The position numbers and the translations under genes were made by a program. From the IMG/VR virus record IMGVR_UViG_3300033068_001989, positions 128,001 through 192,000 of that record: a DNA stretch of 64,000 bases; one strand, written 5' to 3'. Under the pieces are notes generated by a model. The model made no database searches. It was not told the DNA's origin and worked only from the letters and a program-made list of their open reading frames with translations. Position 1 is the stretch's first letter, and every line of letters starts with the position of its first letter. Origin of the DNA: a virus (taxonomy: Duplodnaviria > Caudoviricetes). Shown here piece after piece: positions 33,316 through 43,588 of the stretch.

Positions 33316-34040
33316 TTTGATATATGGTTTTTAATTAGGTCATCATATGCATTAATATTATGATAATCTGACATTTTGATAATATTGGATATCTCATATT
33401 CCGTTATCTCGTTAAATATTCGATCTTTTTGTTTTATGAGTCTAACTACGGATTTTTCATTTATCGAAAAATCTGTTATCTCTCTAACTCTTATCGACCA
33501 TTCAACATCCTCACCCTGACCCCATCTTAGATTTTCATTTAGCTGGTTTTCTAGCATGAAATTTTTCTTTGCTACCCAATAAGCACCTGATATATACATC
33601 ATTTTGCTTAGTGTTGTTATATTATAGGGTATTAGATAATTCCAATCCTTTACCTTTCCGCTAGCATCATCCATCCATAAACACCAATCCCTATACCTTG
33701 TCATATCAGGATTTACTATTCTGTTCATACAGACATTAAAATTGTTTCCAAATTTCTTAAATTCTGAATGCCATTCAGGTAAAAATTCTATATAATCGTG
33801 TAGATATACTATATTTTCATATTTTGATTCTCTTGTGATTATATTCTTCTTCTCTGATACTCTAGCCGGTCCTTGATCCTCGTAAAAAGGTATTACTCTG
33901 GTTTTTTCTCTCTTTATATGATTTCCACCTATTATGATGACTTCATAATCATCAGACATAGTTATTTCTATGGAATCTATTATCCTGTTTATTCTATCTT
34001 CCGAATTTCCGTCAGTTATTATACCGAAAGTGAAATCCAT
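33303..34040 (-). CDS. GT2-like glycosyltransferase
   Basis: Paralog of the preceding gene (YLHDY, WGQGEDVEWS). Confidence 0.75.
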   Translation of the reverse strand: MDFTFGIITDGNSEDRINRIIDSIEITMSDDYEVIIIGGNHIKREKTRVIPFYEDQGPARVSEKKNIITRESKYENIVYLHDYIEFLPEWHSEFKKFGNNFNVCMNRIVNPDMTRYRDWCLWMDDASGKVKDWNYLIPYNITTLSKMMYISGAYWVAKKNFMLENQLNENLRWGQGEDVEWSIRVREITDFSINEKSVVRLIKQKDRIFNEITEYEISNIIKMSDYHNINAYDDLIKNHISKWIK

Positions 34041-34041
34041 A

Positions 34042-34800
34042 TTAAAAGTAAATTATTATATTATCTTCAAATGTTTTTGGATTTTCTTCTAGAATTTTTA
34101 TATTTTTTTCTGAGAATTTATTAAATATTTCTTCCTTATTATACGAATCTATGTTACATAAGCCACTTATAAAATTGTATGTTAAATATCCATTTTTTGA
34201 TCTTTTGATTATTCTTTCGTAATATAAATCTTGTAGATTTTTATCTAGTTCCGAATATGCATAGTTGCTTATTACTATATCGAAATCCTCATCCATACTT
34301 GGTACGTCTGATATCTTTACTATTCTTGAATCTACTCCATTTATACTTAGATATTTATTACTTAAATATGATGCTTCGTCAAGATCAATTATTGAATATT
34401 CGAGAGAGTTAAATATCTTACTTAGAATTAAGCACTGTCCTCCATATCCTGCTCCTATTTCTATTATTTTCTTACCCGATATGTCACCGAATTTATTTTT
34501 TATATCTGACAGAACTTTAATATATCTTAGAGTTGATGGTGATATCTCTCCAATTTCAGGATAGTTAAATTTTAACGTACCTCCGTGTTTATCATTTTCT
34601 TTGAATTCGTTGATATTATCAAGTAATTCTGGTGAATTGTTTTTAATATAATCTAAATATAGTCTACCTTGTTCTTCCGATACATGCTCAAGAATTCCAT
34701 TATATACAGGATTTCTTTTGAATGTTTTAAAGAAATCTTCATCGTTTGCTGCTTGCACACAAACGCTTTTATATTGTTGAGTATCACTTATGCTATTCAT
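34042..34800 (-). CDS. Putative sugar O-methyltransferase
   Basis: IIEIGAGYGG SAM-binding motif, ISNYAYSEL; within the glycan cluster. Confidence 0.75.
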   Translation of the reverse strand: MNSISDTQQYKSVCVQAANDEDFFKTFKRNPVYNGILEHVSEEQGRLYLDYIKNNSPELLDNINEFKENDKHGGTLKFNYPEIGEISPSTLRYIKVLSDIKNKFGDISGKKIIEIGAGYGGQCLILSKIFNSLEYSIIDLDEASYLSNKYLSINGVDSRIVKISDVPSMDEDFDIVISNYAYSELDKNLQDLYYERIIKRSKNGYLTYNFISGLCNIDSYNKEEIFNKFSEKNIKILEENPKTFEDNIIIYF

Positions 34801-34804
34801 ATTA

Positions 34805-35506
34805 TTATTTTAGATTATTTTTAATTAATATATCGTTTACGGTAAAGGGAAGTTGTTTTGCGTTAAAGTTACTTTTTGAATGGATCCTATGTAAAACTAG
34901 AAACTTTTGTATATTATGGAATGTTTTATTTTGTTTTGATAGTCTTATCCAGAAATCAAAATCCTCGATACCTTCAACCATTTCGTCCCATCCACCTATT
35001 TCAATTGCATCAGATGTTCTGAATAATGATGATGAATTTACTATCTGGTTGTGTCCTATCGAAAATCCTCTTCTTATATCAATATCATCCTGATCCAAGC
35101 TCAATGAATTTGTTTTGTTATTATGTGTATCTATATAGTATGCCAGTGTACCAATAACATCAAAATTTTTACATAATTGGATTTGCTCCGTTAATTTGTC
35201 GCTTTCCCATATATCATCGCCATCTATGAGTGAGATATATTCGGTGTCCACTATCTTTAGTAATTTATTAAGTGTTTTTGCCTTTCCCTTATCGTTGCCA
35301 TAATCTATTAATGTGAATCTATCATCTGAACCAATTAGCGATTCTGCTATTTCTTTGCTAGAATCTACGGTCCCATTAAAAGCTATTATACATTTAAAAT
35401 TTTTGAATTCTTGTTCTAGTATGCTTTTTATTGTATATTCAATGAATTCTTCATCGTTATATACTGGTAGAAGTATCGTTATCATGTTTATTATAAAATG
35501 ATCCAA
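34805..35506 (-). CDS. GT2 glycosyltransferase
   Basis: ILLPVYN, DGDD, EDFDFW. Confidence 0.85.
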   Translation of the reverse strand: MDHFIINMITILLPVYNDEEFIEYTIKSILEQEFKNFKCIIAFNGTVDSSKEIAESLIGSDDRFTLIDYGNDKGKAKTLNKLLKIVDTEYISLIDGDDIWESDKLTEQIQLCKNFDVIGTLAYYIDTHNNKTNSLSLDQDDIDIRRGFSIGHNQIVNSSSLFRTSDAIEIGGWDEMVEGIEDFDFWIRLSKQNKTFHNIQKFLVLHRIHSKSNFNAKQLPFTVNDILIKNNLK

Positions 35507-36285
35507 TTATCACAATATACACCAGATGCATCCTTATTCATATATGGTCCGAACCAATTTGATGGTGCTATTGTTTTTTTACTTTTTGCCAACCATGATC
35601 CCCACCAACTAAAAGAGCTATTTGCTATTATGTGGCCATGACACAATGACATCAAATACATATCAATATAGGGATTACCAGATTCAACTATTATTGAATT
35701 ATTTATATGTAGATTTTGTCTGCACCATTCAGGATCATCGGAGAATATATAAAAATTTGAATTAGGATCGAAGTGTTTCGATGCCTCTATGTAATATTCT
35801 ATTGTCTGTGTTGGGTGATGACCAGGCGATGTTAGATAATCACCTCTTCTTACATGGACAGACACACCATTTTCGATGGCTATATAATTTTTTGAATTTT
35901 CTATTATGTCATCTCTGAATTTGAAAATTTCTCTTATCTCGGATTCTATAAAATTGAAATACTTTTCTGTTTGGAAATATCCTGATAATGATGTATGATC
36001 AGGCAAAATCTCTGTTTGTGGATTGAACCCGAAATCATTTTCGTAATATATGTGATTTATCTGTATTTCGTTGCTTGGCTTTATTAATTTTTTTGGTATA
36101 TTAAAGCAATCTAGCAATTTACAACCATCGTATGAATTCGGATCTAAATCCTGATGGAATCTTTCCTCTGGAAAAACTGGATCAAATCCAAGTTTTCTAG
36201 CTATCCCTACAGTTGATGCAAATTGGAACATTTGATTACCAAATCTCCCCATGTGCCCAATATTATTAAAAGTTATCATAATCAA
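35491..36285 (-). CDS. GT11 alpha-1,2-fucosyltransferase
   Basis: GRFGNQMFQ, GYFQ, HVRRGDY, FSDD, NSSFSWW. Confidence 0.93.
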   Translation of the reverse strand: MIMITFNNIGHMGRFGNQMFQFASTVGIARKLGFDPVFPEERFHQDLDPNSYDGCKLLDCFNIPKKLIKPSNEIQINHIYYENDFGFNPQTEILPDHTSLSGYFQTEKYFNFIESEIREIFKFRDDIIENSKNYIAIENGVSVHVRRGDYLTSPGHHPTQTIEYYIEASKHFDPNSNFYIFSDDPEWCRQNLHINNSIIVESGNPYIDMYLMSLCHGHIIANSSFSWWGSWLAKSKKTIAPSNWFGPYMNKDASGVYCDNWIIL

Positions 36286-36375
36286 TCATTTATAATTTTA
36301 CTCATTTTACTGATTTTAGTTCCATTTTTAAGGAACAAAAGGTAACAAATAATCTAAAAATATAAAAGTGAAGTT

Positions 36376-37032
36376 ATGAAAAAATTATCAGTTGTTGTAC
36401 CATATAGAGATAGAGAAGAACACCTTAAACAGTTTGTTCCATATATGGAGAAATGGTTGACAGAGGAGGAAATACCATTCGAGATAATAATAGTAAATCA
36501 ATCTGACGGTAAGGGGTTTAATAGAGCGAAATTATTAAATATTGGGTTTATCGAGACAGAGAATTGTGATTACCACGTTTTCCATGATGTCGATATGCTT
36601 CCTATAGATTCTGATTATGACTATACAGATGGTCCAACACATCTTGCATCACAGGCTGAACAATTTGGATATAAACTTCCGTATGATGGATATTTTGGAG
36701 GAGTTACAATCTTTGATAAATCTAGTTTTATTAAGATAAACGGTTATTCCAATGATTATTGGGGATGGGGAGCTGAGGACGATGATGTTTTATATAGATG
36801 CTCAATAATGGGGATCGCAATATATAGAAAACAATGTAGATATAGATCTTTGGAACATGAAAGAAAAATAGAGCACGATCCATATATGAAAAATATCGAT
36901 AGACTAAATACTTTCATCAATAGTGCATCAATTGAATCTATAATGAATGACGGGCTATCAAATTTATCATATAATAAGATAGACGATAAAATGTTAACCG
37001 AACATACTAGATTTATAACTGTTGATATCTAA
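36376..37032 (+). CDS. GT7 beta-1,4-galactosyltransferase-like
   Basis: VPYRDR, FNRAKLLN.G, FHDVD, YFGGV, WGWGAEDDD; the only convincing + strand gene. Confidence 0.92.
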   Translation: MKKLSVVVPYRDREEHLKQFVPYMEKWLTEEEIPFEIIIVNQSDGKGFNRAKLLNIGFIETENCDYHVFHDVDMLPIDSDYDYTDGPTHLASQAEQFGYKLPYDGYFGGVTIFDKSSFIKINGYSNDYWGWGAEDDDVLYRCSIMGIAIYRKQCRYRSLEHERKIEHDPYMKNIDRLNTFINSASIESIMNDGLSNLSYNKIDDKMLTEHTRFITVDI

Positions 37033-37241
37033 AAATTGCTCTTGAGATCACTAAGAACTCTATCTACCGTATTTTTTAAATGCTCCATATTTTTGCTTAG
37101 CATTTCTGGGTCATCGTTTTTCAATAAATAACTTATCGTTTCTAGTGATCCTAGAGAATATGCTATTCTGCTTTTAAGTATAGAATTTTCTATAAGTAAC
37201 TCTTTTGTCCCTTTATTTTCATCCTCCTGAGATATACCCAT
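37029..37241 (-). CDS. Hypothetical protein
   Basis: Short ORF with TATATA element upstream. Confidence 0.5.
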   Translation of the reverse strand: MGISQEDENKGTKELLIENSILKSRIAYSLGSLETISYLLKNDDPEMLSKNMEHLKNTVDRVLSDLKSNF

Positions 37242-37325
37242 ATTATTTTATTTTTATAATATATAATCAATCTCAGAAAAAAAGTAAAAAGTAAAAAAAA
37301 ACCTAGATAAATCTAGGTTTTTTGA

Positions 37326-39449
37326 CTATTTCTTTTTCGATGATATTTTAACTTTTACTGGTGGCTGTATTCCTCCATCTTTTGTTTTATCGAAGGATAG
37401 GGTTATCGTATCTCCCTCTGATATTTTTGTTTGTACCATTAGATCAGCTAATGTATCTTCGATGTACTTCTGTATTATTCTCTTTAATGGTCTAGCACCA
37501 AATTTGGGATTAAATCCATCCTCGCATATCTTTTCTTTAAGATCTACAGAAACCTTTATTTTATATCCGAGTGATTCTATTCTCGGTAATGTTTTTGTTA
37601 ATTCTACATCAAGTATATCAAGCATATTCTCTTTACCAAGCTCCTTGAAGTAGATGATGTCATCCAATCTGTTTATAAATTCAGGTGAGAATTTTTTTTC
37701 TAGTTCCTTCTTAAGAAGAGCCTCATTTTCAAATTCTTTATTTGCTGATTTTACAGATGTTACAAATCCACTACTTGTACCAAATTCTGATAATTTTCTT
37801 TGGCCGACGTTGGAGGTTAGAATAATTAGTGTATTTTTAAAATTTATTTTTCTACCTTGACCGTCTGTTAAATGTCCCTCATCTAATATCTGTAAAAGAG
37901 TATTGAATATTTCTGGGTGTGCCTTTTCAATCTCGTCGAATAATACGATAGAATATGGTTTTCTTCTAACTTTTTCTGTTAATTGTCCTCCGTCCTCATG
38001 ACCAACATATCCTGGAGGTGCTCCAAACATTTTAGTCGCATCGAACTTTTCTCCATATTCACTCATGTCGATTCTTATTAAAGAATCACTACCGCCAAAC
38101 ATATGCTTAGCAAGTTCTTTTGCTAATTGAGTTTTACCAACCCCAGTAGGACCAAGAAAAAGGAATGTACCAATTGGTTTATTTGGATCTTTTATACCCA
38201 TTCTATTTCTTAAAACTGCTCTTGATACTTTTTCTATCGCATCATCTTGACCAATAACCTTACCTTTAAGGTCCGCACTCATATTAGCAAGCTTAAAGTT
38301 CTCATCTTGGTTTACTTTTTTAAGTGGTACACCTGACATCATGGCTACTACCTCGGCAACCTTTTCTCCGTCAACTGGTTTTTTTTTGCCTTTAAGTTTT
38401 GCTTCCCAAAGTTTTATCTCAGATTCGAGTGATACCTCAGTGTGTCTTTGGAGGTCTCTATATTTTGCTGCACCTTCATAATCCTGTTTTTTAACTGCAA
38501 GATTCTTATCTATTGCTATTTGAGCTAGATTTTTCTCCAATCTCGTTATTGTCTCTGGTACTTTAACATCGCTTAGCTGAGTTCTACTGCCCGCTTCGTC
38601 CAATGCATCTAAAGCCTTGTCTGGGAAGTTACGATCCGTTATATAGCGTTCTGTGAGCTTTACACAATTGATTATTGCATCATCCGTGTATTTTACATTA
38701 TGATGATCCTCATATTTGGATTTTACGCTGTTTAAGATTTCTATTGTAGTTTCCATATCTGGTGGATTTACAAGTACCTTCTGAAATCTTCTCTCGAGTG
38801 CACCATCTTTTTCGATATGCTGACGGTATTCATTAAGTGTTGTTGCACCGATACATTGTATCTCACCTCTAGCTAATGCAGGTTTAAACATGTTTGACGC
38901 ATCAAGGGATCCTGAAGATCCTCCTGCTCCTATGATGGTGTGTAGCTCATCAATAAAAATAATAATATCTCTATTTTTTTTAAGCTCGTCAATAATTGCT
39001 TTGATCCTCTCTTCAAACTGTCCTCTATATTTAGTTCCAGCTACTAGTGATCCCATATCAAGAGTTAGAATCCTCTTGTTTAGTAGGGTTTGTGAAACCT
39101 TTCTTTGAACTATCTTTAAAGCTAATCCTTCAGCTATTGCAGATTTCCCGACACCAGGCTCGCCTATAAGTACAGGATTATTTTTCTTCCTTCTCGAAAG
39201 AATTTGTGATATCCTTTCTATTTCTGGATCTCTACCTATAATGGGGTCGAGTTCTCCTCTCGATGCCATATCGGTTAGATCGGTTGAATGAGAGTCAAGT
39301 ATCGGTGTTTTACCGGTACCTTTTTTAGACTTATATTCGCTTTGGTAATCTTCATCATCTCCACCTGTATATTGGTCCATCGATGGCGAGATTTTCTTTT
39401 TGTAGTCTCCGTTTTTCATAGAAAAAATTTTATCCTTTATTTTATGCAA
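37326..39449 (-). CDS. clpC: ClpC-type AAA+ unfoldase lacking the N-terminal Clp repeat domain (start probably MKNG at ~39419)
   Basis: GEPGVGKS and GPTGVGKT Walker A motifs, KYRGQFEER, RIDMSEY, UVR-like middle domain. Confidence 0.85.
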   Translation of the reverse strand: MHKIKDKIFSMKNGDYKKKISPSMDQYTGGDDEDYQSEYKSKKGTGKTPILDSHSTDLTDMASRGELDPIIGRDPEIERISQILSRRKKNNPVLIGEPGVGKSAIAEGLALKIVQRKVSQTLLNKRILTLDMGSLVAGTKYRGQFEERIKAIIDELKKNRDIIIFIDELHTIIGAGGSSGSLDASNMFKPALARGEIQCIGATTLNEYRQHIEKDGALERRFQKVLVNPPDMETTIEILNSVKSKYEDHHNVKYTDDAIINCVKLTERYITDRNFPDKALDALDEAGSRTQLSDVKVPETITRLEKNLAQIAIDKNLAVKKQDYEGAAKYRDLQRHTEVSLESEIKLWEAKLKGKKKPVDGEKVAEVVAMMSGVPLKKVNQDENFKLANMSADLKGKVIGQDDAIEKVSRAVLRNRMGIKDPNKPIGTFLFLGPTGVGKTQLAKELAKHMFGGSDSLIRIDMSEYGEKFDATKMFGAPPGYVGHEDGGQLTEKVRRKPYSIVLFDEIEKAHPEIFNTLLQILDEGHLTDGQGRKINFKNTLIILTSNVGQRKLSEFGTSSGFVTSVKSANKEFENEALLKKELEKKFSPEFINRLDDIIYFKELGKENMLDILDVELTKTLPRIESLGYKIKVSVDLKEKICEDGFNPKFGARPLKRIIQKYIEDTLADLMVQTKISEGDTITLSFDKTKDGGIQPPVKVKISSKKK

Positions 39450-39478
39450 ATATAGGATAAAATTTCGGATTATAAAAA
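39445..39478 (-). promoter_or_regulatory. Early promoter (TAnnTTTG with upstream CGAAA)
   Basis: TTTTTATAATCCGAAATTTTATCCTATATTTGCA. Confidence 0.7.
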
Positions 39479-39496
39479 TAAATGTTAATTATTTTT

Positions 39497-40693
39497 TTAA
39501 TCTGTTGTCTTTGTAAATTCTATTATAACTATAATATTGGCTTGGTATGGTGTTGATAGGTTATCGTTATAAATCTTAACTGTAAAATTTGGTGTTGAAC
39601 TCGAATTTGAATAAGGGATTACTATTAATTGTTCAGTACCGCTTATAGAAATCTCCTTTGTAGTTTGATAATTACCTGCCACGAATCCATTTTCTATTAA
39701 AACATTCATCGAGGTAAAACTTTTTAGATTTAGTGAAGTATGTAGATTTGATTGCGTATATGTTCCTCCTGTTGCTGTTCCCGCGTAACATTTTCTGTAT
39801 ATTGGCTTACCGTCTATCCATGTACCTACTACAATTTCAGATGCTGTTGCAGATGGATAAATATTGGAATATCCAGTTGCACCTGTTGCCCCGATCTTAC
39901 CGTTGGATGACCATGAAATGCTATAATTTCCTGATGTTGCAACCCCGCTTGAAGCTTTAACTGAACCAACATAGAAAGTATATACATTAGCATTTTTTGC
40001 AGCGCCTGATATTAAGTAGTTGCCATATATCTCTGGTGATGATAGATTTCTATTTTGCATATATACGGGGTTTCCTGCTATAATGTCATTATAGAGATCA
40101 TCTAACCATGTTGATACTGCAGATCCATAAACATTTAAAGTGGAAATATAAATTGTAGTAACATTTGACATAATTGTTGAATCGAATGATACTCTATATT
40201 CAAAATTTAAAAATGGTGGTGTTGCCGATGCTGTTCCGTTAAATGTCCATCTCATTGAATTTGCACCATCTGTTCCTGGACTTCCTGTTACTCCAGATAC
40301 TCCGGATGAACCGGTAGGACCAGTAACTCCAATAGGACCAGTTGATCCTTGTGGACCAGTAGGACCAGTAACTCCGATGGAACCAGTGGATCCTTGTGGA
40401 CCAATAGGACCAGTAACTCCAATAGAACCAGTTGATCCTTGTGGACCAGTAGGACCAGTAACTCCAACAGAACCCGTCGCTCCTGTTTCCCCGATTGGAC
40501 CAGGCACATCAGAAATTCCTGCAGGACCAGTCACGCCAGAATAATATGGAAGTTGAGACCATGGTGTTTGTCCGTCACCCATCTTGAATTTTCTAGTGTC
40601 CATCTCATATCCAGGCTCACCTGACATCAATACGGGATCATTATAATTCCAATTTTGTGATAGATCCCTCCTGAGTAGTATTCTATATGGCAT
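39497..40693 (-). CDS. Collagen-like fibre protein with Mtd_N-like N-terminal domain
   Basis: ILLRRD..W..NDPVL.SGEPGYE.DT.KFK.GDG; G-X-T repeats; C-terminal [12 protein letters not shown]. Confidence 0.8.
   Translation of the reverse strand: MPYRILLRRDLSQNWNYNDPVLMSGEPGYEMDTRKFKMGDGQTPWSQLPYYSGVTGPAGISDVPGPIGETGATGSVGVTGPTGPQGSTGSIGVTGPIGPQGSTGSIGVTGPTGPQGSTGPIGVTGPTGSSGVSGVTGSPGTDGANSMRWTFNGTASATPPFLNFEYRVSFDSTIMSNVTTIYISTLNVYGSAVSTWLDDLYNDIIAGNPVYMQNRNLSSPEIYGNYLISGAAKNANVYTFYVGSVKASSGVATSGNYSISWSSNGKIGATGATGYSNIYPSATASEIVVGTWIDGKPIYRKCYAGTATGGTYTQSNLHTSLNLKSFTSMNVLIENGFVAGNYQTTKEISISGTEQLIVIPYSNSSSTPNFTVKIYNDNLSTPYQANIIVIIEFTKTTD
40300..40535 (-). repeat. 45-nt collagen-coding tandem repeat ([15 protein letters not shown])
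   Basis: Near-identical ggaccagtaactcc...gatccttgtggacca units. Confidence 0.85.
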
Positions 40694-40736
40694 ATTACTA
40701 TATTATTTATACCTATATATCAATATATTTACACAC

Positions 40737-41025
40737 AAAAAAGGAGCCCCAGAGGGGCTCCTAAAGTATCCCGAAGGAAACTTGTTGATGTCGCATATTC
40801 TAACTCGCACTAGTGCAGATACAATATGCTCTATCCCTAATATCTTACCCCTTTCGGGTTGGGATATTAACCCTACTAACCGCTCGTTAATTATGCGAGC
40901 TGGCTGGGTATGATCGCGTCATTCTGTGTGAGACCAGTATGGATCTTAAGCTTACCATCTGGCTGAAATACGGGGTTCCCCCCTGCAGAATATTGACAAA
41001 TGTCAGTGACACGTATATTTTCTTA
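40737..41025 (-). ncRNA. Candidate ~280-nt structured ncRNA with its own promoter and terminator
   Basis: Multi-hairpin, GC-elevated intergenic segment between GATATATA (41029-41036) and terminator AGGAGCCCC/GGGGCTCCT-T tract (40737-40762). Confidence 0.55.
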
Positions 41026-41047
41026 TCTTATATATCCTATTACTAAT

Positions 41048-43255
41048 CTATTTTTTTGAAATTTGTGATTTTGAATCACTAATATTTTTGTAGCTGTAAT
41101 CTATTGAAACCGAACCAAAATCAATTCCCCTGTTCAATTTATATACGTATTTATTAGCTAATCTTTTATATGTCGAGATTTCGTCGGTATTTCCCTGTAC
41201 CAACGAGTTTATTTTATGCGGACAGCTCTTTATTGACTCCAGATATTCAAATGACAATTTATTGAATATAAGATTTGCTTTTTTTGAATTAGCTACTGGA
41301 TTTCCATAAATGTCAATAAATCCAGGTGACGATGCTATACCGTTTGATTTTTTATTCTTTCTTAATCCACTCCCCCATACTTTATTATCTGTTATTGATA
41401 TATTCTCAGTTGTACCATTAACTTTCATTGTTATAATATATTCTCCTGGAATTCCAAATTTGCTATTCATATTTGTATTCTCTTTTAAATATCTATTCTC
41501 CGTCTTTATCGTTTTAAATAACCAGTTAATTTGATCTGATGTATATTCTCTATTATCCGGACCTATAAATCTAAAATTTTTAATTCTTCTTAGCTTATCC
41601 TGGTACGAATCCCAAATTGTATTTTTATATTCACTATTGCTCCTAAGTTCTGATAAGAAGCCTATAGTGTATACTGGTAATGATACATCATCAATCCTCC
41701 ATTCCAGAGTCATTATCACATTTTTAATGTATGCATCAATGGTTGATTCTATTGGTCTCAATAGTAAAGATATTGCAGATTTTATATTATGTGAATTTCC
41801 ATCTAAGGTATTTATCTGGTATGAATTTATATAATTCTCTATCTCTAACTCGATTTCTGATATTCTATTTTCTAAATTAGGAAGATCATCAGTGTTAGGT
41901 TTTGAGTACTCTATGAAGTAATTGATTTTATCGATTGACCTTCTTAATTCTATTATATTTGAATTTGAATCCCCGAATTTAGTATTATAGCTGTCCCATA
42001 ATTTTAAAATAATATCTGAATAAAGCTCACCTAACTTAGATTCGCCTATATTTACACATAATGATTCTATTATATCTGCGTATTCCTGTATACTCTTGGG
42101 TTCGGCGTGTAATCCGTTTCCGTTTATGAGCCCTCCTTCTATTGCATCTATTAGCTTTCTTTTTTCTGTTATCTCTTGATTGATACTCGTATATTCTGTT
42201 TCTAATAGATCCTTATTTCTTAATAGTCCATTATAGTCTCCAATTCTAGAATCTCTACCCTCGTCATATTTAACGGACGGTGAATTTTTAATGATTCTGT
42301 ATAGATATTCTTCTGTTAACTCTGTGTTTCTTCTTATATCAAGAGTAACTGTATACCATTTTTCTAATTCAAATTTATAATCAGTATACAGAGACATTTT
42401 TTTATTTCCGTCGTATGTTAGGCAAGCCGCTATAGCGAAGGGTGTGTAGACATTATCATACGATCTTCTTCTTTCACTTGATGTATTAGATATTCCTCTT
42501 TTTTTATTACCTAACTCTATGTATGGAGCAATTGCACCAAATTCTATTTTATTCCCAGCTTTGGATGTTGATCTATAATTGAACTCGATTATGTCGCTTC
42601 TTCTGGTCGTGTATTTTTTTGTTACTATACCAGTGGATTTATTATATGCATGACCCTGGCCTGAATCTTGGTGGGCTTTACTTGGGAATCTATTCATTCT
42701 AAATTCGAAAGTAACCGAGTATTCATCGTCTATATCTAAAAGTTCATGTATGTTTCCTGATTGTATTTCAGGTAATCCTGGAACTGTGTTATAGATACTT
42801 AAATTTGATTCTCCTGTATATTTATGTGTATCGTCAATTATGCCAAGAAGCTTTATATTCTCACCTATTGCTTTATTATTATTTACCCTCGCATGTTTAC
42901 CAAAAATACCAAAATTTGAATTTCTCGTATTTGTTAAGGTATTATTAGGGTCCTGTTGATTTGTACGAGGTGTATAGGTTAGCGCATTTTTAAAACCTCC
43001 AATTTTCTTTATGCTCGCTTCAAGATTGATTATAACTGATGATGGAAGATCTTCTACTACATTTTTTTGACCAGATATAAACTTAACTCTCTCTTTCGAT
43101 ATCTTTAGTGTTTTTTCCTCTTCTTCGTCTAGCTTCTCTTTTTCCGATAGCTGCTTTATGAGTATGTTATCGTTTATTATAATATTACAAACCGTTTCAA
43201 GATATTCGGTTTTAGTAAGATTCTCATTGATCCCTAGTATATTTTCTTTCGACAT
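41048..43255 (-). CDS. Hypothetical protein (beta-sandwich-like segment plus coiled coil)
   Basis: Long ORF in the fibre operon. Confidence 0.65.
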   Translation of the reverse strand: MSKENILGINENLTKTEYLETVCNIIINDNILIKQLSEKEKLDEEEEKTLKISKERVKFISGQKNVVEDLPSSVIINLEASIKKIGGFKNALTYTPRTNQQDPNNTLTNTRNSNFGIFGKHARVNNNKAIGENIKLLGIIDDTHKYTGESNLSIYNTVPGLPEIQSGNIHELLDIDDEYSVTFEFRMNRFPSKAHQDSGQGHAYNKSTGIVTKKYTTRRSDIIEFNYRSTSKAGNKIEFGAIAPYIELGNKKRGISNTSSERRRSYDNVYTPFAIAACLTYDGNKKMSLYTDYKFELEKWYTVTLDIRRNTELTEEYLYRIIKNSPSVKYDEGRDSRIGDYNGLLRNKDLLETEYTSINQEITEKRKLIDAIEGGLINGNGLHAEPKSIQEYADIIESLCVNIGESKLGELYSDIILKLWDSYNTKFGDSNSNIIELRRSIDKINYFIEYSKPNTDDLPNLENRISEIELEIENYINSYQINTLDGNSHNIKSAISLLLRPIESTIDAYIKNVIMTLEWRIDDVSLPVYTIGFLSELRSNSEYKNTIWDSYQDKLRRIKNFRFIGPDNREYTSDQINWLFKTIKTENRYLKENTNMNSKFGIPGEYIITMKVNGTTENISITDNKVWGSGLRKNKKSNGIASSPGFIDIYGNPVANSKKANLIFNKLSFEYLESIKSCPHKINSLVQGNTDEISTYKRLANKYVYKLNRGIDFGSVSIDYSYKNISDSKSQISKK

Positions 43256-43584
43256 TAGTTTGTTATTTGATTTATTGATTCGTGATATTCTGTTTTTAGT
43301 TCTTCCCTCTTATCCACTATATCCTGTGGTATTGGTGTTCCGTCGATTGCGAATCTTTCTAGAGCTTCTTGCATCCCTGGGATTTCTGATATTCTCCTTG
43401 AGTATGCTATTCTTAATAATTCTATTCTTTCAAGTTCATCCTCATTTGGATCATTCATTTCCATTACTGTACCCCCTGATTCAAGGAAAGATTTATAATC
43501 GATATATGTCTGTTCATTTTCATTCATAATTACTTGGACATTTCCAAGAAATATTTGACCATTTCTGTTTATTACGTAACTCAT
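43255..43584 (-). CDS. Possible tail fibre chaperone
   Basis: Small ORF directly downstream of a fibre gene. Confidence 0.4.
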   Translation of the reverse strand: MSYVINRNGQIFLGNVQVIMNENEQTYIDYKSFLESGGTVMEMNDPNEDELERIELLRIAYSRRISEIPGMQEALERFAIDGTPIPQDIVDKREELKTEYHESINQITN

Positions 43585-43588
43585 AATA

